Positions 36,777-46,473 of a stretch of 64,000 nucleotides of DNA are shown here, one piece after another; the first letter of the stretch is position 1, and every line of letters begins with the position of its first letter. The notes under the pieces are model-generated. The model saw only the letters and a list, made by a program, of their open reading frames with translations, was not told where the DNA came from and ran no database searches. Source of the DNA: Candidatus Nomurabacteria bacterium (lineage in GTDB: Bacteria; Patescibacteriota; Minisyncoccia; Phycocordibacterales; UBA9973); assembly GCA_029288725.1 (NCBI GenBank), contig JARIGS010000010.1, positions 103,883-167,882 of the forward strand, in the 5' to 3' direction. The position numbers were made by a program, and so were the translations under genes.

Positions 36777-38564
36777 CTATATCTTTTTGTACTTTTTGGC
36801 TAGTTTTTCCAATTTATTGATATCAGCCTCAATTCCCTTCAAGCCGGCTTCAAAGAATGCCTCATTGGTAGTGATGCCAATTGATTTGAAGATGTCCTTT
36901 GGAGACATTGAACGGCCAGCAGAAAGAAATTGTCTGATTTTTGCCGCATAAGAATGATCGGCTTTCCAATTTTCGTACAATGCTCGACTGACAAGTTGTC
37001 CATAAGCATATGAATAGACATAGAAAAATCTTCGAATGTGAGACCATCCAACGAAAAAGTATCCGTCTTGTTCAGTGACAGTGACAGATTTGCCAAGATA
37101 CTGTTGCATATGCTTTTGAAGAAGTGTTGCGATTCCTTTTCTATCTAATTCTCCTTTGCTTCGAATTTCATTATGAAGCTCTAATTCAAAATTAAAACAT
37201 GCAATCTGGCGAAATATCGTGCTGATATCTCCCATAATTTTATTATGAAGCATGATAATTTTTTCCTCATCGTTAAGAGTTTTTTCTATTTCATCTCCAA
37301 CCAATTGCTCAAAGAACGTACTCGCAACTTCGGCTGTAGCCGTTGAATAGCGTCGGTATCGTGGAGGTTGTTTCTTACTAAATTCACTGTGGATAGCGTG
37401 ACCCATTTCATGAGCAAGCGTTTCAACGGAGCGAACATCGTCCGTATGGTTAAGCAATACCACTGTCGGCAGGGTACCTGACCCCCAACAATATGCCCCG
37501 CCCTTTTTGCCCTTTTTAGGATATACATCGATCTGACCATTCGCTAAAAATGAATCGACGATACCGGCATATTCTGGATCAACCTGGGAAAAAGCGTTTT
37601 TTACAATGGTAACAGCCGAATCAAAATCAAATTTCTTATTGATTGAACCAATTTTTACGTTGCGATCAGCATAGGTAATTCCTTTCTTTTCTCCCAATAG
37701 CTTTCCATGAAGCACATAAAACCGGCTACTGAGAGTAAAGTATTTGGTTACAAGCGCGACAAGTCCCTCAATTGTCTTTTCATCATTTTCATAACCCAGG
37801 ATAGTCGCACTGTACGGTTTTTTATATCCGCGCTGCTCATCCATAATTTTCTTAAAATTATATACAGCATTTATTTCTGCTTCTGCAAACGGGCTATTTT
37901 TTTCAAGTTGAGCATTTATCTTTTCGCCCAATTCTTTTCGCTCCGCCTTCGGAAGATCACTGAGCATAGACATTGCCTTGGCAATTGGTACTTCCTCCTT
38001 CTTAAAGGAGACTGTCTGCTGGGCTAATACGCGCTGTTGTCCATCTACCCACATGCCGTAGCTTGTTTGTGACAGCAAATCAATAATCTGTTCTTCTTTT
38101 TCAGAAAGATTATATTGTGCATGATTAAAAATTCTTTCAAGTAAATATCGAAAAGGCGCCAACGAAGCATCTTCTAAAAATTCCTTCTGCTTTCTCTTTT
38201 CAATTTTTGCAATTTCCAAAGTAAAAAATGTTATCTTGTTAGACGCAACACTAAGTCTTTGTTCGATGCGCGTTGCGGCTGCGCCTGCCACGCTATCACC
38301 ACTGTTGAGGTCACTGCGTAATGCGAAATACCTCCATGGATCCTTTGAGGCCATTTTTTCCTCAAGTGCTTCTGACTCTTCGAGCGCAACAAGCAATTTT
38401 TTTGGTGTACTTATAAAATCCTTGCCTTTATATTTTTTCTCAAAAGCCGCGTACGCTGCCTCAATAGACGCAACATCCTTTTCTATTTGTGGATCTTTGT
38501 CATTCTTGTAGAGCGATGACAAATCCCATTCTGTCTTTATTTTTTTAGTGGTATCTTTTTTCAT
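36777..38564 (-). CDS. pepF: oligoendopeptidase F (M3B family)
   Basis: Zinc site HEMGHAIH and the downstream E. About 595 aa, typical of the family. Confidence 0.85.
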   Translation of the reverse strand: MKKDTTKKIKTEWDLSSLYKNDKDPQIEKDVASIEAAYAAFEKKYKGKDFISTPKKLLVALEESEALEEKMASKDPWRYFALRSDLNSGDSVAGAAATRIEQRLSVASNKITFFTLEIAKIEKRKQKEFLEDASLAPFRYLLERIFNHAQYNLSEKEEQIIDLLSQTSYGMWVDGQQRVLAQQTVSFKKEEVPIAKAMSMLSDLPKAERKELGEKINAQLEKNSPFAEAEINAVYNFKKIMDEQRGYKKPYSATILGYENDEKTIEGLVALVTKYFTLSSRFYVLHGKLLGEKKGITYADRNVKIGSINKKFDFDSAVTIVKNAFSQVDPEYAGIVDSFLANGQIDVYPKKGKKGGAYCWGSGTLPTVVLLNHTDDVRSVETLAHEMGHAIHSEFSKKQPPRYRRYSTATAEVASTFFEQLVGDEIEKTLNDEEKIIMLHNKIMGDISTIFRQIACFNFELELHNEIRSKGELDRKGIATLLQKHMQQYLGKSVTVTEQDGYFFVGWSHIRRFFYVYSYAYGQLVSRALYENWKADHSYAAKIRQFLSAGRSMSPKDIFKSIGITTNEAFFEAGLKGIEADINKLEKLAKKYKKI

Positions 38565-38577
38565 ATGTATATGTCTA

Positions 38578-39054
38578 TTACATCTCCGGTTCCAGCGGTA
38601 CGGTATGGTCTTCTTTCATAATCTTGAGCTTGTTGATCTGCTTTTCGACGAACCAGAGCACGATGAAGGCAAAAAGCGCGAGCATCGTTACCATCATTGC
38701 AAGTTGGTAGAAACCAAAGCCGCAGGCCATGCCGATACCGGTCGCAACCCAGAGGCCAGTGGCAGTGGTAATGCCGATAACCTTCATGTCACTGCGAATG
38801 ATGGAGCCAACGCCGAGGAAGCCAGCCGCAGAGACAATCGCTGCCACGAGATGGAAATCATACCCTGATACGCCATACTCAGCGCTGACCAATTGGGAAA
38901 TAATGACAAACATTGCCGCTCCCAAAGAGACAAGCGTATAGGTGCGCATGCCGGCAGTCTTGTGGGCGACAAAGCGCTCGACACCAAGGACCATGCCGAG
39001 CATCATTGCCATGAATAATTTCACATAAATAACGTTCGTCAAAATTGCAGTCAT
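38578..39054 (-). CDS. MgtC/SapB family membrane protein
   Basis: MgtC-like block LGMVLGVERFVAHKTAGMRTYTLVSLGAAMFVIIS. The start was trimmed to MTAILT at 39052-39054. Confidence 0.65.
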   Translation of the reverse strand: MTAILTNVIYVKLFMAMMLGMVLGVERFVAHKTAGMRTYTLVSLGAAMFVIISQLVSAEYGVSGYDFHLVAAIVSAAGFLGVGSIIRSDMKVIGITTATGLWVATGIGMACGFGFYQLAMMVTMLALFAFIVLWFVEKQINKLKIMKEDHTVPLEPEM

Positions 39055-39139
39055 GCAGACAGTATAGCGCAGAACCAGGCAAACAAAAAAGCATGCCGAA
39101 CTTCTGTTCTGCATGCTTATATTTGTAATTTTAACGGGT

Positions 39140-39436
39140 TTACAATCCCGAAACTTTCTTGGTGATCTTGGTTGTATCCTGGATCAATTTCAGACGGCCA
39201 ACGCCTTCAAATGTGTAATAGACGGTAGTACGAACGTTTGCGTGTTTAACCGTATCATATACGGCAAGTAAGGTACGGTAGGCATTTTTTTCTTCATACA
39301 ATCCCACCTGGAACAAGGGGATTTGGGATGATTGTGAAAATTTCGGACACTGCGAGCCGTTATAGCGACTGATGCCACAACTCGACATTGATACGATAGC
39401 CAGGATGGCTCCTCCTAATGCAAATGCTTTTTTCAT
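39140..39436 (-). CDS. small lipoprotein (lipobox SMSSC)
   Basis: Signal peptide plus Cys, 98 aa. A -35 TTGACT and -10 TTTAAT lie upstream. Confidence 0.5.
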   Translation of the reverse strand: MKKAFALGGAILAIVSMSSCGISRYNGSQCPKFSQSSQIPLFQVGLYEEKNAYRTLLAVYDTVKHANVRTTVYYTFEGVGRLKLIQDTTKITKKVSGL

Positions 39437-39566
39437 TATGTTATTTTTAATTGTTTTCTATATTAAATCATATTTTTATATAAAAGTCAATATGCTTCTA
39501 TAGAAAACAAAAAAGCGCCCTTATATTTCTATAAGAAAGCGCTTCAATTAAGGGGTGAAAAATATC

Positions 39567-40085
39567 TTAATGTCCGTGCAATCCCCATGTAATTGCACCC
39601 ATAGTGCTAGTACGTGGAGTTGGCGGATAGCCATTATTTCCTACATACGGATTATATGGTTCGACATTATAGCCTCTCCGATAGTTCCCGCCACCAGATA
39701 TGCTCAACCGAACTAATCGTTCCAGGTCTCTTAACAGGGGCGCTTCGGGATAGTATCGGACATATTGATTGTTACAATAATAGTAATAATCAAAACGGTC
39801 GTAATAAGTATTACGTACGCAATACACCGGATAATGATAGCCATCGATGTGATAGCAATAATCATCAGGAAGCAATAACGCCTCAACAGCAATGTCTCCA
39901 ACCATTATCGCAACTCTACTAAGCACATTGCTATGCCTAGTGGTAGCCGGTTGAGCTTCGCGATTGTCAACATACTGAGTCGTAGGTTGAGCTTCTTTTC
40001 GAATGTCACCGTAATAAGCCGGAGTTTGACAACTTGCCATAGCCATAACAATAGCCAGGACACATAAAATCATTGATAATTTCAT
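39567..40085 (-). CDS. Tyr-rich lipoprotein (lipobox AMASC)
   Basis: Signal peptide plus Cys, 172 aa, unusually rich in Tyr/Asn/Pro. Confidence 0.5.
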   Translation of the reverse strand: MKLSMILCVLAIVMAMASCQTPAYYGDIRKEAQPTTQYVDNREAQPATTRHSNVLSRVAIMVGDIAVEALLLPDDYCYHIDGYHYPVYCVRNTYYDRFDYYYYCNNQYVRYYPEAPLLRDLERLVRLSISGGGNYRRGYNVEPYNPYVGNNGYPPTPRTSTMGAITWGLHGH

Positions 40086-40123
40086 TGTTTTCTATATTTA
40101 GTTTTTGATGTATGTTCTGAATA

Positions 40124-40152
40124 TACTATATCACTAATTTATCAAAAAGTCA
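40124..40152 (-). promoter_or_regulatory. sigma-70-type promoter for the 39567..40085 lipoprotein gene
   Basis: On the minus strand, TTGACT is followed by 17 nt and then TATAGT. The same TTGACT core recurs upstream of several other minus-strand genes. Confidence 0.4.
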
Positions 40153-41204
40153 ATAGTGCCTCCCCCTACCACCCTTTCGCCTTCGTAAATAACAACCGAT
40201 TGGCCAAGTGGAATAGCCTCATTGCAGGTAAGCGTAATGGTATGTTCATCAAGTATGGCGGTCGGCAGTAGCGTACCGTGATACCGAATTTGTGCCGTAT
40301 GGACCGTGTCCTTTACAGGGGTAATAAACCAATTAGTGTCTCGCAATCGCACTATCGCCCTTCCTTCCTCGTGCTCCACTGCATGCATTGACGATGCAAC
40401 GGTAATAGTATTATTTTCAATATCCTTGGCTACCAGATAGTACGGGGTGCGACTACTGGTGTGTTCAGTGATGCGAAAGCCGTGGCGTTCCCCTAACGTG
40501 TAAAACCACACGCCATCATGCTCGCCTACTACCTTTCCTTCTTCATTGATCACTGCACCGGGCTTTTCATCAATATAGTGGCGAAGAAATTCCTTCATAT
40601 CGACTTCACCCAGGAAACAGATGCCCTGACTGTCTTTCTTGGTTGCTGTAAACAGTCCCGCCTTTTCTGCAATCGCCCGCACTTCATACTTATGCAAATG
40701 TCCGATAGGAAATAATATGTTTGGCAACAATGCTTTGTCTATCATCCATAAAAAATAGGATTGGTCTTTAGCGGGGTCAGCGCCTTTTCTCAACTCTTCC
40801 GCTCCGTCAGAGCCTACGGCCGTTCTGCAATAGTGCCCGGTCGCAATACCCTCAGCTCCATGAGCCTTGGCATATTGCCACATTGCGCCAAACTTAATGA
40901 CTTTATTGCAGAGCACGTCAGGGTTAGGCGTACGACCAGCCTTGTATTCGCTGATCATGTAGTCGGCCACCCCCTGTTTGTATTCCTCAGTCGCATCCAA
41001 AAAGTGAAACTTAATGCCTAATGCTGCACAGATCCGCATCGCATCACGTTTTTCATCTACCCACGTACACGGCACCCAGTCCGGTGCCCAGGTCTTCACG
41101 AATATTCCCTCGACATCATAACCCTGTTGTAACAGCAGATACGCCGAAACAGAACTATCTACTCCGCCCGATATCCCAACAAATATTTTATTTTTCTTAT
41201 TCAC
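40134..41204 (-). CDS. mnmA: tRNA-specific 2-thiouridylase MnmA
   Basis: PP-loop block IFVGISGGVDSSVSAYLL and C-terminal MnmA domains. Confidence 0.9.
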   Translation of the reverse strand: MNKKNKIFVGISGGVDSSVSAYLLLQQGYDVEGIFVKTWAPDWVPCTWVDEKRDAMRICAALGIKFHFLDATEEYKQGVADYMISEYKAGRTPNPDVLCNKVIKFGAMWQYAKAHGAEGIATGHYCRTAVGSDGAEELRKGADPAKDQSYFLWMIDKALLPNILFPIGHLHKYEVRAIAEKAGLFTATKKDSQGICFLGEVDMKEFLRHYIDEKPGAVINEEGKVVGEHDGVWFYTLGERHGFRITEHTSSRTPYYLVAKDIENNTITVASSMHAVEHEEGRAIVRLRDTNWFITPVKDTVHTAQIRYHGTLLPTAILDEHTITLTCNEAIPLGQSVVIYEGERVVGGGTIDFLIN

Positions 41205-41257
41205 AGAAAAATACTACCATAAAAAACAAAAACCGCCCTTTCGGACGGTTTAATAAT

Positions 41258-41833
41258 TTAGTTTAAGTTTTGAATGATTTTTTCTTCTTTTAAGAAATGG
41301 GATGTTGGAACGAAATTTTTTATCATGTTAACCACCAAAGAAAAGGGGGCTGCTATACCCTCTAGTGTGCACTTCACTCCTTCTGATATGCAATGAAGAA
41401 GTTCATCTTTCTGAATATCTTCGATGATATCTTTGGACATAGCATCCGATCGCTCTTCAAGAAGAGTTAACATATCAATTTTCTCTAAAACATAATCGTT
41501 AAAGGTGAAAAATTGATCAGCGATATGCAAACCTTCTATCACCTGTTCCTCAATTAGACAAGACCAGGTGGCAAACATTTCTCGCGCCTCTTTTAATGAA
41601 TGCGCATTGGATTGCTCCCGGAATAATGCTAACAAACTGGTGTGATAGTTATTTTGAATTATCTGGTGAGAAATATTTGTCAGTTTTTGTATAGCTTCTA
41701 ACTTATCTTTTAAGTTATGCTTTTTTGAGGCACTTATGAAATTTCTTTTTGCTTCTTCAAAGTTAGAGAAATAATCTACTGGTTTCATATATGTAAGTTT
41801 AAGAGTTACCACATATTTCCAGCGTATGTGCAA
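41258..41833 (-). CDS. hypothetical all-alpha protein, AT-rich, no recognisable domain
   Basis: ORF with an upstream TTGACT-N17-TAATAT promoter (41879-41907). The probable start is MKPVDYF at 41788. Confidence 0.4.
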   Translation of the reverse strand: MHIRWKYVVTLKLTYMKPVDYFSNFEEAKRNFISASKKHNLKDKLEAIQKLTNISHQIIQNNYHTSLLALFREQSNAHSLKEAREMFATWSCLIEEQVIEGLHIADQFFTFNDYVLEKIDMLTLLEERSDAMSKDIIEDIQKDELLHCISEGVKCTLEGIAAPFSLVVNMIKNFVPTSHFLKEEKIIQNLN

Positions 41834-41960
41834 AAAATATAAGGTAACCCTTAAACAAATTCAAAGAACGTTGATTTTATATTAACACTTTTTATTTAAA
41901 AAGTCAATAGCCCTCAAATCCAAGGCGCCCCTGGCAGAAGGTTCCCTATCATGTTGAAAT

Positions 41961-42503
41961 TTACTTTAAATTCAAAAGCTTCTTAAAAAGCTCGTAGGTT
42001 GCATATGCATCCGCGAAAGCCGAGTGAGCCTTTTTGTTTTCAATGCCATAGTGCTCGGTGAGCGCTTTGAGTGAAAACTTACTGATATCATCCTGATCGT
42101 GCAGCACGCCAAATGCCAATGCAATGGTATCAAGCTTATGATAGTGCATCTTATTTTCAGTACCAGTTTTTTTCAGGGCTTTCTCAATGAAGCCATAGTC
42201 AAAGGTCAAGTTATGGGCAACAAAGATTGCACCGCTCGTTTTTTCTGAAAAGCTTTTCATCGCGTCTTCGAGGGTAACGGCAAAGAGCCAGTCGGCTTCA
42301 TTGTAGCCGTTCACGCGCAATGCCGCCGGCTCTGCCGTTTCGATATGCTGGGGATGAATCTTGAGATCAAGCTGATCGGTAACGACCAGTTCCCCATCTT
42401 TCATTTTGGCAATAACGACACCGAGTTCGATAATTTCCGCGATCTCATTATCAAGACCAGTAGTTTCGACGTCGATAAATGCAAGTGGTTGTTGAAGCAT
42501 CAT
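41961..42503 (-). CDS. DEDD-family 3'-5' exonuclease (DnaQ/Pol III epsilon-like)
   Basis: Exo I motif AFIDVETTGLD, with Exo II/III motifs in a 180-aa protein. Confidence 0.8.
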   Translation of the reverse strand: MMLQQPLAFIDVETTGLDNEIAEIIELGVVIAKMKDGELVVTDQLDLKIHPQHIETAEPAALRVNGYNEADWLFAVTLEDAMKSFSEKTSGAIFVAHNLTFDYGFIEKALKKTGTENKMHYHKLDTIALAFGVLHDQDDISKFSLKALTEHYGIENKKAHSAFADAYATYELFKKLLNLK

Positions 42504-42509
42504 AGAGTA

Positions 42510-43433
42510 TTAGAGGTATTTTTTAATGTTTTGCTGGTGCTGCTGATAGGTAGAAGCATAGTGTACGTTGCCGTTGTGATCGTGTAAATAGTACAAATAA
42601 TCTGAATCCTCGGGGTGTAATGCAGCCTGAATAGCTACCATGCCCGGATTATTAATTGGCGTAGCTGGTAATCCTTTGTGACTGTAGGTGCTTGGTACTG
42701 CATCAACCTGGAGTGGCATGCCATTCTGCAAACGTTTCCACAAAATGCCGGCAATGACAGAGCTATCATTCGTACCTTCGGCTTCCTTTTGCACAATCGA
42801 AGCCATGATAATGATATTCGCCTCACTGTGCCCTGATGCTGCAATGTCGGCACGGAGCGGAGCGATTTTTTGTTCATAGTTGCGTTGCTGATCGGCAATG
42901 ATATTTTCAGGCAATGGCGTTGCAAAAAAACCATAGGTGTCAGGGAAAAGATATCCCTCTAGACCACTTGCCTGTTTGAGAAAACCGGCACTGTCAAATT
43001 CAGGAAACACTGCCTTTAGACGAGTGGCCATGTCTTGATTGGTATAGCCCTCAGGGAAAGTTACTTTCGTTTTCGTAATGCCAAATTCCTTGCCGGATAA
43101 TCGCAATGCAATACCCACGGCAGAGATAGGATGATCGAATGAATATTCCCCCTCGCTGATACGAGTATCACTTCCCAATACTTCCATCAGAAACTGAAAG
43201 GTACGACGAGATCGAATGGCACCATCGTTGGCTAGTTGGTGGGAAATAGCACTTGCCCCTTCTCCCGTAGTAACGGTGAGATGATAAGGCGCCGGAAAGG
43301 TACTCGGTGCGGCAACAAAGGCATGGTAGAGGCTGCCGAAAAAGATGACTACAATGACAACAATAGTAATGAATCGCATACTAGATAGGAAGGTTTGCCG
43401 GCGGTTCTGCTTTCGTTGCTTCAATACGGACAA
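42510..43433 (-). CDS. mltG: endolytic murein transglycosylase MltG (YceG-like)
   Basis: N-terminal TM anchor plus a YceG domain. The start may be the internal Met at 43377-43379, which would remove the 53-nt overlap with the upstream gene. Confidence 0.75.
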   Translation of the reverse strand: MSVLKQRKQNRRQTFLSSMRFITIVVIVVIFFGSLYHAFVAAPSTFPAPYHLTVTTGEGASAISHQLANDGAIRSRRTFQFLMEVLGSDTRISEGEYSFDHPISAVGIALRLSGKEFGITKTKVTFPEGYTNQDMATRLKAVFPEFDSAGFLKQASGLEGYLFPDTYGFFATPLPENIIADQQRNYEQKIAPLRADIAASGHSEANIIIMASIVQKEAEGTNDSSVIAGILWKRLQNGMPLQVDAVPSTYSHKGLPATPINNPGMVAIQAALHPEDSDYLYYLHDHNGNVHYASTYQQHQQNIKKYL

Positions 43434-44655
43434 AGCTTGGAGTTTCTGCTACGCGACCTGGCAAGTGGAATATTGTTGCAAGCTCTTCTGTTGAAAGGAC
43501 GAATGGCTTTCTGCCCGATACTTCCGGATGGGTAAAGTATGTTTCGGGATTAGCAAGATTAAAGCCACCGTAAAAATATGCCCGAGCCTTGTACGCACCC
43601 AATATGTCTTTTTTGGCCTTGGTAGTTTTCTTGCCCGTAAGATCCTGCCACGGGAAATCAAAGCCCGTAGGACCATCCGGTTTGAAACTATTAAAGTCAT
43701 TGGAATTGTACTGTCGCACCATGCCGGTTAATCCCGCAATGCGATTGGCATCAAACTTATCCGGCTGAGTGAGATATATCGCACGAATGCCTGCATCAAA
43801 TGCAAACTTGCTGGCATTGCGCTCTACCGCTTCAATGACGCCCAACTCACCTCGTGTTGCGCGACGAGTAGCAATTGTTTTCCCCTCCTTATCTTTTTCA
43901 TTCAAGCTGTCATTGAACTCCTTGATGACTGCCTTCACTTTGTCAGGCCATTTTTTGCCCCCCTCTTCTTCTCCGGCTTTGTTTTTAACCACGAAACGAT
44001 CGGTCACCCCACGGACAAGGACCTGAAACCATATCTGTTCACCGGCTCCAATTGACCCCATGAATTCAAGCATAGGCGTAATAGGATCAATACGCTGCTG
44101 TTCGTCCAGTGAGCCAACGGCACGATCAAGTCCAAAGTCGACATAGGTCTTGATCGGATAGACATCGTCTTTAGCCAATACCATCTGTGTTCCCCATAAT
44201 GCTACGGGCGCGCTGCCTTCAAGAGGAATATCGGGAATCGCTGCAGTATAGTCTTCAACTTCAGTCACTTCGGCTTGCGGATACTGGGCATAAATCTGAG
44301 ACTGAATCACGCTCTTGAACTTGGTAGCAGTACGAATATAAAAATGAATGGAACCCTCGATCGAGACGATTTCCAGTGAGAACCAGTTGCGCATCGCACC
44401 CTGCCAGTATTTTTGCATCCAGTTACCGTGACCACCGGTCTGATAAAGCGAGTTCAAGACCAATTCCATTGCCAATGGTGATTTAAAAACTTCCTTCGGC
44501 GGTTTTACTTCGAGCAAAGTCCATTTGATAGAACGAAGAAACAAAGTTTGGACATATGATAGCCACAATTCCCACGCGAGAAAAGAAAGAATGGGTACTG
44601 CCACAATGACAATAACGAGAGCAGTAAGGAACGAGGGTGCGAGCGTTTGTTGCAT
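43381..44655 (-). CDS. hypothetical membrane-anchored protein (N-terminal TM, about 390-aa soluble domain, no P-loop)
   Basis: TM helix LTALVIVIVAVPILSFLAW. No recognisable motif. It is tightly coupled downstream of the pilin-like gene. Confidence 0.45.
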   Translation of the reverse strand: MQQTLAPSFLTALVIVIVAVPILSFLAWELWLSYVQTLFLRSIKWTLLEVKPPKEVFKSPLAMELVLNSLYQTGGHGNWMQKYWQGAMRNWFSLEIVSIEGSIHFYIRTATKFKSVIQSQIYAQYPQAEVTEVEDYTAAIPDIPLEGSAPVALWGTQMVLAKDDVYPIKTYVDFGLDRAVGSLDEQQRIDPITPMLEFMGSIGAGEQIWFQVLVRGVTDRFVVKNKAGEEEGGKKWPDKVKAVIKEFNDSLNEKDKEGKTIATRRATRGELGVIEAVERNASKFAFDAGIRAIYLTQPDKFDANRIAGLTGMVRQYNSNDFNSFKPDGPTGFDFPWQDLTGKKTTKAKKDILGAYKARAYFYGGFNLANPETYFTHPEVSGRKPFVLSTEELATIFHLPGRVAETPSFVRIEATKAEPPANLPI

Positions 44656-44678
44656 GGCATTAGTATACCATTGAGTAT

Positions 44679-45356
44679 TTAAAAAGTGGTACCTCCGGAA
44701 CCAGATGAAGTGGGTGAAGTAGTGGTTTGCGGCGCAGGATGTACCAATACTGGTGTTGGAGCAATGTATGCTGGTGCTGTATAGGAAGCAGGAGCATCGG
44801 TGCTGGTGTTGTTAAAGCCGCTGGTAACAATCGGCGTTGGATTGGTACGAGCAATAAGCTTGATAGGAATACGGATTGCAATAGTTTTCCCTGTGGTGGC
44901 AGTTGTGCCGCTGATGATAACAGTTGCTGAAGTCGAACGCGCCACTCCTGACAATGGGATAGTGGCAGAAACGGTGACATCGCCAAACAATGACTTGCTG
45001 ATATCAAGCTGGGTGAGGTCTGACAGTATTGATCCTTTGCTGTCCACTACCTGGGCATTGAGAAATGTCGGCAAAGCACCGTCATTTAAACAGGTGGTGA
45101 CGCCCCCTTCAACAGTAACACTGGTATCGATCGATTCGCTTGGAGTCGGACGAGTAAAGACAAGGGTACAACCGCCAAGGTCATACTCTGTTGTCGTAGG
45201 GGCAGCAGTTTTTGTCTTGGTCGATGCGGTTGGTCCGCCGATAAGCGGTGTAATAGGAGTGCCAGTCAGCGTGGCAATAAGCCCTATCCCCAGCACAATG
45301 GCAAGGATAATCTCCAACGCACCCCATCCACTTCCACCAGCAGGAGCGTCAGCCAT
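44679..45356 (-). CDS. pilin-like protein with class-III (prepilin-type) signal-like N-terminus and Thr/Ser/Pro-rich C-terminus
   Basis: The N-terminus reads GGSGWGALEIILAIVLGIGLIATL, with G then x4 then E at +5 and a hydrophobic helix. Confidence 0.4.
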   Translation of the reverse strand: MADAPAGGSGWGALEIILAIVLGIGLIATLTGTPITPLIGGPTASTKTKTAAPTTTEYDLGGCTLVFTRPTPSESIDTSVTVEGGVTTCLNDGALPTFLNAQVVDSKGSILSDLTQLDISKSLFGDVTVSATIPLSGVARSTSATVIISGTTATTGKTIAIRIPIKLIARTNPTPIVTSGFNNTSTDAPASYTAPAYIAPTPVLVHPAPQTTTSPTSSGSGGTTF

Positions 45357-45359
45357 GGA

Positions 45360-46394
45360 TTATTTCTTCGCAACGGTATAGGTACCGTTATCAAGCTTGG
45401 TAAAATATTTTGCGTTCTGGAGGTTGACGAGAATGGTGTTCTTCTTGAGGAAACGTTCCTTCAATACGCGGTCAACCACCTCTTCCTTGGTCAGCGGTCC
45501 TTCCTTAACGAGAATTTCCTTGATGACATCGCGGACAACGCCTGGCTTGTAGCCCCATTCAGAGAGTGCGTAGTAACCACGACCAACGAGCACGAAGCGT
45601 GGATCCTTGATTAGTTCGTTATGAGTAGTGGCAACATGAGTCTTGCGACCGAAGGTGTCAACGATTGCCTTTGCCACTTCACGGAAGTGCATTGGTGAGC
45701 CGTGCTTGCGCATCATGAGGAATGCATAGTCCTTGATACCACGAGTCTTGATGTTCTGTGATTCAGAAGGACCCCATTCGCCAAGCGGGTTCTTGCCGAT
45801 CTTCTTTGAGATATTGAGCCAGCGGCGGGCAATTTCCTCATTCTTGTACTGAGCAGCTACGCCCTTGAGTTCATCAAGAAAACGGCTAACGAGGTCGTCC
45901 TCACTGAGCAGTTCCTTGTCGTTAAGCCCCTTGTAGACCTTGTGCAAGGCATCATGAATAACTTCTGAGAGTTCAGCGTCAACAGTCCAGCGTGTCTGGA
46001 AGTGGTCATCCTCCTTCAGCTTTTCAAACTGTTCACCCAATACCATGTAGAAACGAATGTGGTTTTGGATTGACTTGTCCTTTGACACATAGGAAAGAAA
46101 GTCATCCTCATGAACCATGGCACCCATTGCCTCAACCAGGCCTTTCAGTTCGCTGAATACCTTGGTTTCGGTCTTAAAGGCCTCACTTTTGCGAATAGCC
46201 GCAAGTGCCGCGTTTTCGATCTGACGAACGCGTTCACGAGTGATGCCGTATTTCTTACCGATTGCCTCAAGCGTCTTTGAGTCCGCATTGTCCTCGAGAC
46301 CGTAACGGTTGACGATGATGTCATGCGCGCGATCCTGGAGGTTTGAGAGCAGTCGTTTGGTGACCTGTTTTGGTTTAAAACTGATAGTTGCCAT
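45360..46394 (-). CDS. protein with N-terminal sigma-70 region-4 HTH and C-terminal HARE-HTH-like domain
   Basis: Residues 20-70 read LSNLQDRAHDIIVNRYGLEDNADSKTLEAIGKKYGITRERVRQIENAALAAIRK, a region 4.2 consensus. The C-terminus reads SPMHFREVAKAIV...DPRFVLVGRGYYALSEWGY, HARE-HTH-like as in RNAP delta. No region 2 is present. Confidence 0.5.
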   Translation of the reverse strand: MATISFKPKQVTKRLLSNLQDRAHDIIVNRYGLEDNADSKTLEAIGKKYGITRERVRQIENAALAAIRKSEAFKTETKVFSELKGLVEAMGAMVHEDDFLSYVSKDKSIQNHIRFYMVLGEQFEKLKEDDHFQTRWTVDAELSEVIHDALHKVYKGLNDKELLSEDDLVSRFLDELKGVAAQYKNEEIARRWLNISKKIGKNPLGEWGPSESQNIKTRGIKDYAFLMMRKHGSPMHFREVAKAIVDTFGRKTHVATTHNELIKDPRFVLVGRGYYALSEWGYKPGVVRDVIKEILVKEGPLTKEEVVDRVLKERFLKKNTILVNLQNAKYFTKLDNGTYTVAKK

Positions 46395-46473
46395 GTGTCT
46401 TAGGGGTTACTGTTAGTTAGTATCAATACACTTTATCATGGATATAAAAAAAGTCAAACACTTGTCAAGAGGA

